Of a stretch of DNA of 64,000 nt, positions 58,800 through 64,000 are shown piece after piece. Position 1 is the first letter of the stretch; each line of letters starts with the position of its first letter. Location: positions 192,001-256,000 of the forward strand of contig CAZLEV010000003.1 of NCBI GenBank assembly GCA_964558645.1, in the 5' to 3' direction. The notes under the pieces were generated by a model. That model did not search any database, had not been told where the DNA came from, and saw only the letters and a program-made list of their open reading frames with translations. A program made the position numbers and the translations under genes. The stretch comes from an uncultured archaeon. Lineage in GTDB: Archaea; Asgardarchaeota; Thorarchaeia; Thorarchaeales; Thorarchaeaceae.

Positions 58800-59180
58800 C
58801 TAGACTACCGCGATTGCTTCAATCTCGACGCCGACATCCTTCGGAAGCCTTGCAACCTCAACAGCTGCTCTTGCTGGAGGATCTTTCATGAACCATTTGG
58901 CATATTCTGCGTTCATCTCCGCGAAGTCATTCATGTCCTTCAGGAAGACCGTCACTTTCACTACGTTCGGCAAGGAACTTCCGGCTTCTTCAACAACTGC
59001 CTTTAGATTACTGAGGACTGCATTTGTCTGTTTTGTGATTGAACCCCCGACAAGCTCACCAGTTCTTGGGTCCATTGGAATCTGACCCGAGCAGAACACA
59101 AGATTCTCTGTCTTGACTGCCTGTGAGTATGGACCGATTGCCTTGGGTGCTTTTGGAGTTGCAACGATTTCTCTAACCAT
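58800..59180 (-). CDS. ridA: RidA/YjgF reactive enamine deaminase
   Basis: [46 protein letters not shown]. Confidence 0.93.
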   Translation of the reverse strand: MVREIVATPKAPKAIGPYSQAVKTENLVFCSGQIPMDPRTGELVGGSITKQTNAVLSNLKAVVEEAGSSLPNVVKVTVFLKDMNDFAEMNAEYAKWFMKDPPARAAVEVARLPKDVGVEIEAIAVV

Positions 59181-59255
59181 ATTGCATCATCTGGATTCTG
59201 TAGGAAGCTAGGCTTTAGTCTATCGGTCGGTCTGATACACAGATGTCAGGATTAG

Positions 59256-61385
<2,130 letters not shown>

Positions 61386-61453
61386 CTATTTGAGTGAGGT
61401 GACTCCCTTACGCTTATCTTGGTTTCGTATTCAATGCTCACAGCAGAAAACAG

Positions 61454-62341
61454 GTGCTGAATAGGATGCAAGAAGTCATCAGACCTCTCAGTCAAGATGA
61501 TGTCTCCGAAATAGTAGAGATGACGAAGAACGTTTGGGGTGGGAATGATTACGTTCCAGTGGCATTGCAGCAATGGATGAAGGATTCGTCTTCATATCCA
61601 TATGTCATGGAGAGAAGGGGAGAAGTTGTGTGTGCTGCAAATCTACGAATGATGGACGGGCACCGCACAGCTTGGATGGAGGGAATCCGCGTCCATCCAG
61701 ATGTCAGAAGGGAAGGGCTGGGACACACAATGACAGGATACATGATAGATCAGGCGAAGAGAATGAACGCGAAACGGGTGCGTCTCATTACTGCCTATCG
61801 AAACAGAGCTGCTGTGAAGCTTGCTACAAGTGCAGGCCTGAAGCCCATAACATCGATGCAATCCTTCTGGAAAGGGGACGTCTCGGAGATCGAATGGCGT
61901 TTTGAGAACGCTACTGTCACTGAGATTGACTACACTACCTTGGCGACTGCTTTAGAGAAACAACCCGCGTTGATACCTGAAGGTGTTCTGATTTATCATT
62001 GGGATGCTGTTGACACTGACTGCATCGGGCTCGAATCTGCATCGGCCGAAGCGGGGTTTTGGGCAACAGAAGAAGGTGGAAAAATTATGGCAGTATCAAC
62101 TGGCGTGGCTTTCGATAGTCGAAGAGAACGAGAGTGGTTTGCCACAATCTATCCGCTGGACACCTCTGCGTTTCTTCAGTCGTTCTCCCATCACCTATCA
62201 CTTGCAGTGGAGAACCGCTGTGACCTAATCATCTGCACTCATCCTCCGCAATACGGAAGACTGTACGATGATGAAGAAGTGCTGAAACACCGAGATCATG
62301 AGATTGAAATCGCGCTGTTTGAGCGAATCTTGAGCGACTGA
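61454..62341 (+). CDS. GNAT family N-acetyltransferase
   Basis: WGGNDYVP, WMEGIRVHPDVRREGLG, N.AAVKL...AGL. Confidence 0.85.
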   Translation: MLNRMQEVIRPLSQDDVSEIVEMTKNVWGGNDYVPVALQQWMKDSSSYPYVMERRGEVVCAANLRMMDGHRTAWMEGIRVHPDVRREGLGHTMTGYMIDQAKRMNAKRVRLITAYRNRAAVKLATSAGLKPITSMQSFWKGDVSEIEWRFENATVTEIDYTTLATALEKQPALIPEGVLIYHWDAVDTDCIGLESASAEAGFWATEEGGKIMAVSTGVAFDSRREREWFATIYPLDTSAFLQSFSHHLSLAVENRCDLIICTHPPQYGRLYDDEEVLKHRDHEIEIALFERILSD

Positions 62342-62375
62342 TGTACTCACGATGCACCGGTGTTAGCCAAGAAGG

Positions 62376-63665
62376 TCATCGATTACTGGCTGGGATTTTT
62401 GCCTCGGTATTGCGAGCGTCCCAATAGTCTAGATACTCCTCTACCTCGACATCAATGCCCTCAAAGTTGGATACCAGAGTATCGAGAGCGTTTTCGTACT
62501 CTGGGACAATCTGTTGGATAGCAGTCGGTGCCCTGCTCCTTTTGAACTCTGCTCTGATTCTTCCTTGATACTCAGATATGGTTTGCCGCACTGACTCTCT
62601 GGACCTAGCGAAGCGGAGGGATATCTCTCTCTTTGCAGATTCTCTTCTCCACCAGTAGCTCTTCTGCGAGAAGGTTTCTCCCCCGATGTTGAATGCTTCA
62701 TATACTTCAGGGGAATCGAATCCAACTGGCCAATAGACCGCTGAACAGGGATTTGACGCTGCAGTGAACCAGTGAGTCTGTTGGTTTCCCAGTTCAGATA
62801 TCTGGCTGCCCGTTGCCGAGTAGCTATTCTCGTGACCTGCATGTTGACAGATGGCTGCAACTTCTTGATTCCAAGGGGTCCAGTCTTCAGGATGATGGCG
62901 CAGAATCCTTGCCATCTTTTCCCAGTTCATCTCTCCCTCCATCTCGAGAAGGTATTCGTTGGAACACTGAAGCCGATCATCACATCGTGATATGTATCTC
63001 ATGACTTCATTACCGTATACACCAGCGAAGTCGAATTCCTCTTCTCCATCATACCATCCCATCTTCATTGCATGTTCCACGATGTCATCCGACCCACGAT
63101 CCCACTGCCCATGGATGGTGTAACCGTTTGAGATAGCGCGGATGCTCCTCACACGCTCAGCAACCCATCTTCTCCTTGAAGTTTCGAGAACCCATGCCTC
63201 GTCTTGGTCGGCAATCATGAAGCTGTTGTGATACATCATCACTCCACCTAGCTCGCACACTCCTCCCTGCCCATATTCTTCTAGTAGACATGTAATCACA
63301 TCTAGGGCCTCTTTTGCAGATGCAGCTCTCTCTAGGCCAAGACGAACGAGGTCCATTCCAAGCAGACCTGTTTCAGGCACTCCCTCTTTGGAGAAGACCG
63401 CCTCGTTACCAATCACAACTCCATGTTCGTTTGCACCCATCTCAGCTCCCCAGAGCCAGAAAGGACACGAAAGAAACACCGCATTAGTCTTGCTGGACTG
63501 AGGAATTTTTATGTAAGTGCACCGAAGCTCCGATTCTGTTTCATACTCTGTTTGTGGGATGATTCTGATGACCTGTGCCTCATTGGGGGGCCTATCACTG
63601 TTCTTTCCCCAGATGTTGGTCCCGTCTTCAGTGGCATTCCCCAGAGCTACTAGTGTATCACACAA
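62376..63665 (-). CDS. Peptidase C69 family (dipeptidase/secernin-like Ntn hydrolase)
   Basis: N-terminal MCDT nucleophile, GKNSDR..NEAQ, WLWGAEMGANEHGVVIGNEA, LLGMDLVRLGLER, YHNSF.IAD. Confidence 0.92.
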   Translation of the reverse strand: MCDTLVALGNATEDGTNIWGKNSDRPPNEAQVIRIIPQTEYETESELRCTYIKIPQSSKTNAVFLSCPFWLWGAEMGANEHGVVIGNEAVFSKEGVPETGLLGMDLVRLGLERAASAKEALDVITCLLEEYGQGGVCELGGVMMYHNSFMIADQDEAWVLETSRRRWVAERVRSIRAISNGYTIHGQWDRGSDDIVEHAMKMGWYDGEEEFDFAGVYGNEVMRYISRCDDRLQCSNEYLLEMEGEMNWEKMARILRHHPEDWTPWNQEVAAICQHAGHENSYSATGSQISELGNQQTHWFTAASNPCSAVYWPVGFDSPEVYEAFNIGGETFSQKSYWWRRESAKREISLRFARSRESVRQTISEYQGRIRAEFKRSRAPTAIQQIVPEYENALDTLVSNFEGIDVEVEEYLDYWDARNTEAKIPASNR

Positions 63666-63693
63666 TTACTCCACCACATTGTCTTGAAATCAC

Positions 63694-64000
63694 TTAGCTA
63701 TGCTTCTCTTCTGATGATTGCTGAGCAGAATACTCCGCAGATACGGCTTGCAAGCGCAAATAGGGAAAGCTCTTCTCATCGAGCGCCCACGCGGCCTCAA
63801 CTTCAGTAGGTACTTGTACTCCATCCATGTTCTTGTATTCAGAATACCGCAAAATCCATGGAACCTGGGCAAAACCCTCTTCTGTTTCTCGGTAACGTTC
63901 ACTTGTTTTGAACTCGATTATTCTCCCGTCCGTATCGAATACAAAGACTCCGGAGGCTCTGATTTCACCAAGTCGGGCAGAGACCCTAACTGAGTTGTCG
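63694..64000 (-). CDS. 3' end of a DUF6544-like protein (5' part outside window)
   Basis: Manual translation: ...ASGVFVFDTDGRIIEFKTSERYRE...PWILRYSEYKNMDGVQVPTEVEAAW...FPYLR...HS*. Confidence 0.65.
   Translation of the reverse strand, partial: DNSVRVSARLGEIRASGVFVFDTDGRIIEFKTSERYRETEEGFAQVPWILRYSEYKNMDGVQVPTEVEAAWALDEKSFPYLRLQAVSAEYSAQQSSEEKHS

Noticed and set aside
63690-63993. ORF-track calls 63690..63902 (-) and 63718..63993 (+)
   Set aside because: A different minus frame, open from the window edge to 63694, gives a more protein-like DUF6544-type sequence

Overview
Gene-dense archaeal chromosomal window. It has TATA-like promoters, GGAGG ribosome-binding sites, an archaeal ATP-dependent DNA ligase, type-2 IPP isomerase, PurP-like enzymes and an ADP-forming acyl-CoA ligase. 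Gene style (tandem NosD/beta-helix surface proteins, circularly permuted family-5 binding protein, WD40/TPR proteins, a tubulin-like GTPase) suggests an Asgard archaeon, probably Thorarchaeia; this is inference only. Left to right: three tandem paralogous parallel-beta-helix surface proteins (the first runs off the window); regulators, small membrane proteins, a GNAT and a radical SAM/SPASM enzyme; a DUF3160-like protein, a membrane-anchored papain-like peptidase and an orphan permuted ABC solute-binding protein; a YyaL/DUF255 protein, flavin oxidoreductase, ATP-dependent ligase, a small HTH-led operon and an HDAC/AcuC; a 12 kb purine cluster (purN-purF-purP-purP'-purC/S fusion-purQ-purL-purE/M fusion-purD-guaA); fni and an acyl-CoA ligase alpha subunit. 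The most interesting element is a tightly coupled three-gene operon at 49154-54311. It encodes a ~895-aa helical-repeat rod protein, a tubulin-superfamily GTPase with eukaryotic-tubulin-like motifs including apparent H11/H12 C-terminal helices, and an unknown helical protein. A WD40+TPR/MIT-like+coiled-coil gene lies divergent to it, followed by a TPR gene, making this a candidate undescribed archaeal tubulin-based cytoskeletal system. The window ends with a triple molybdopterin-oxidoreductase-fold membrane protein, ridA, a bacterial-type NAD-dependent ligase, a GNAT, a C69 peptidase and a partial gene. No rRNA, tRNA, CRISPR array or transposase was recognised.
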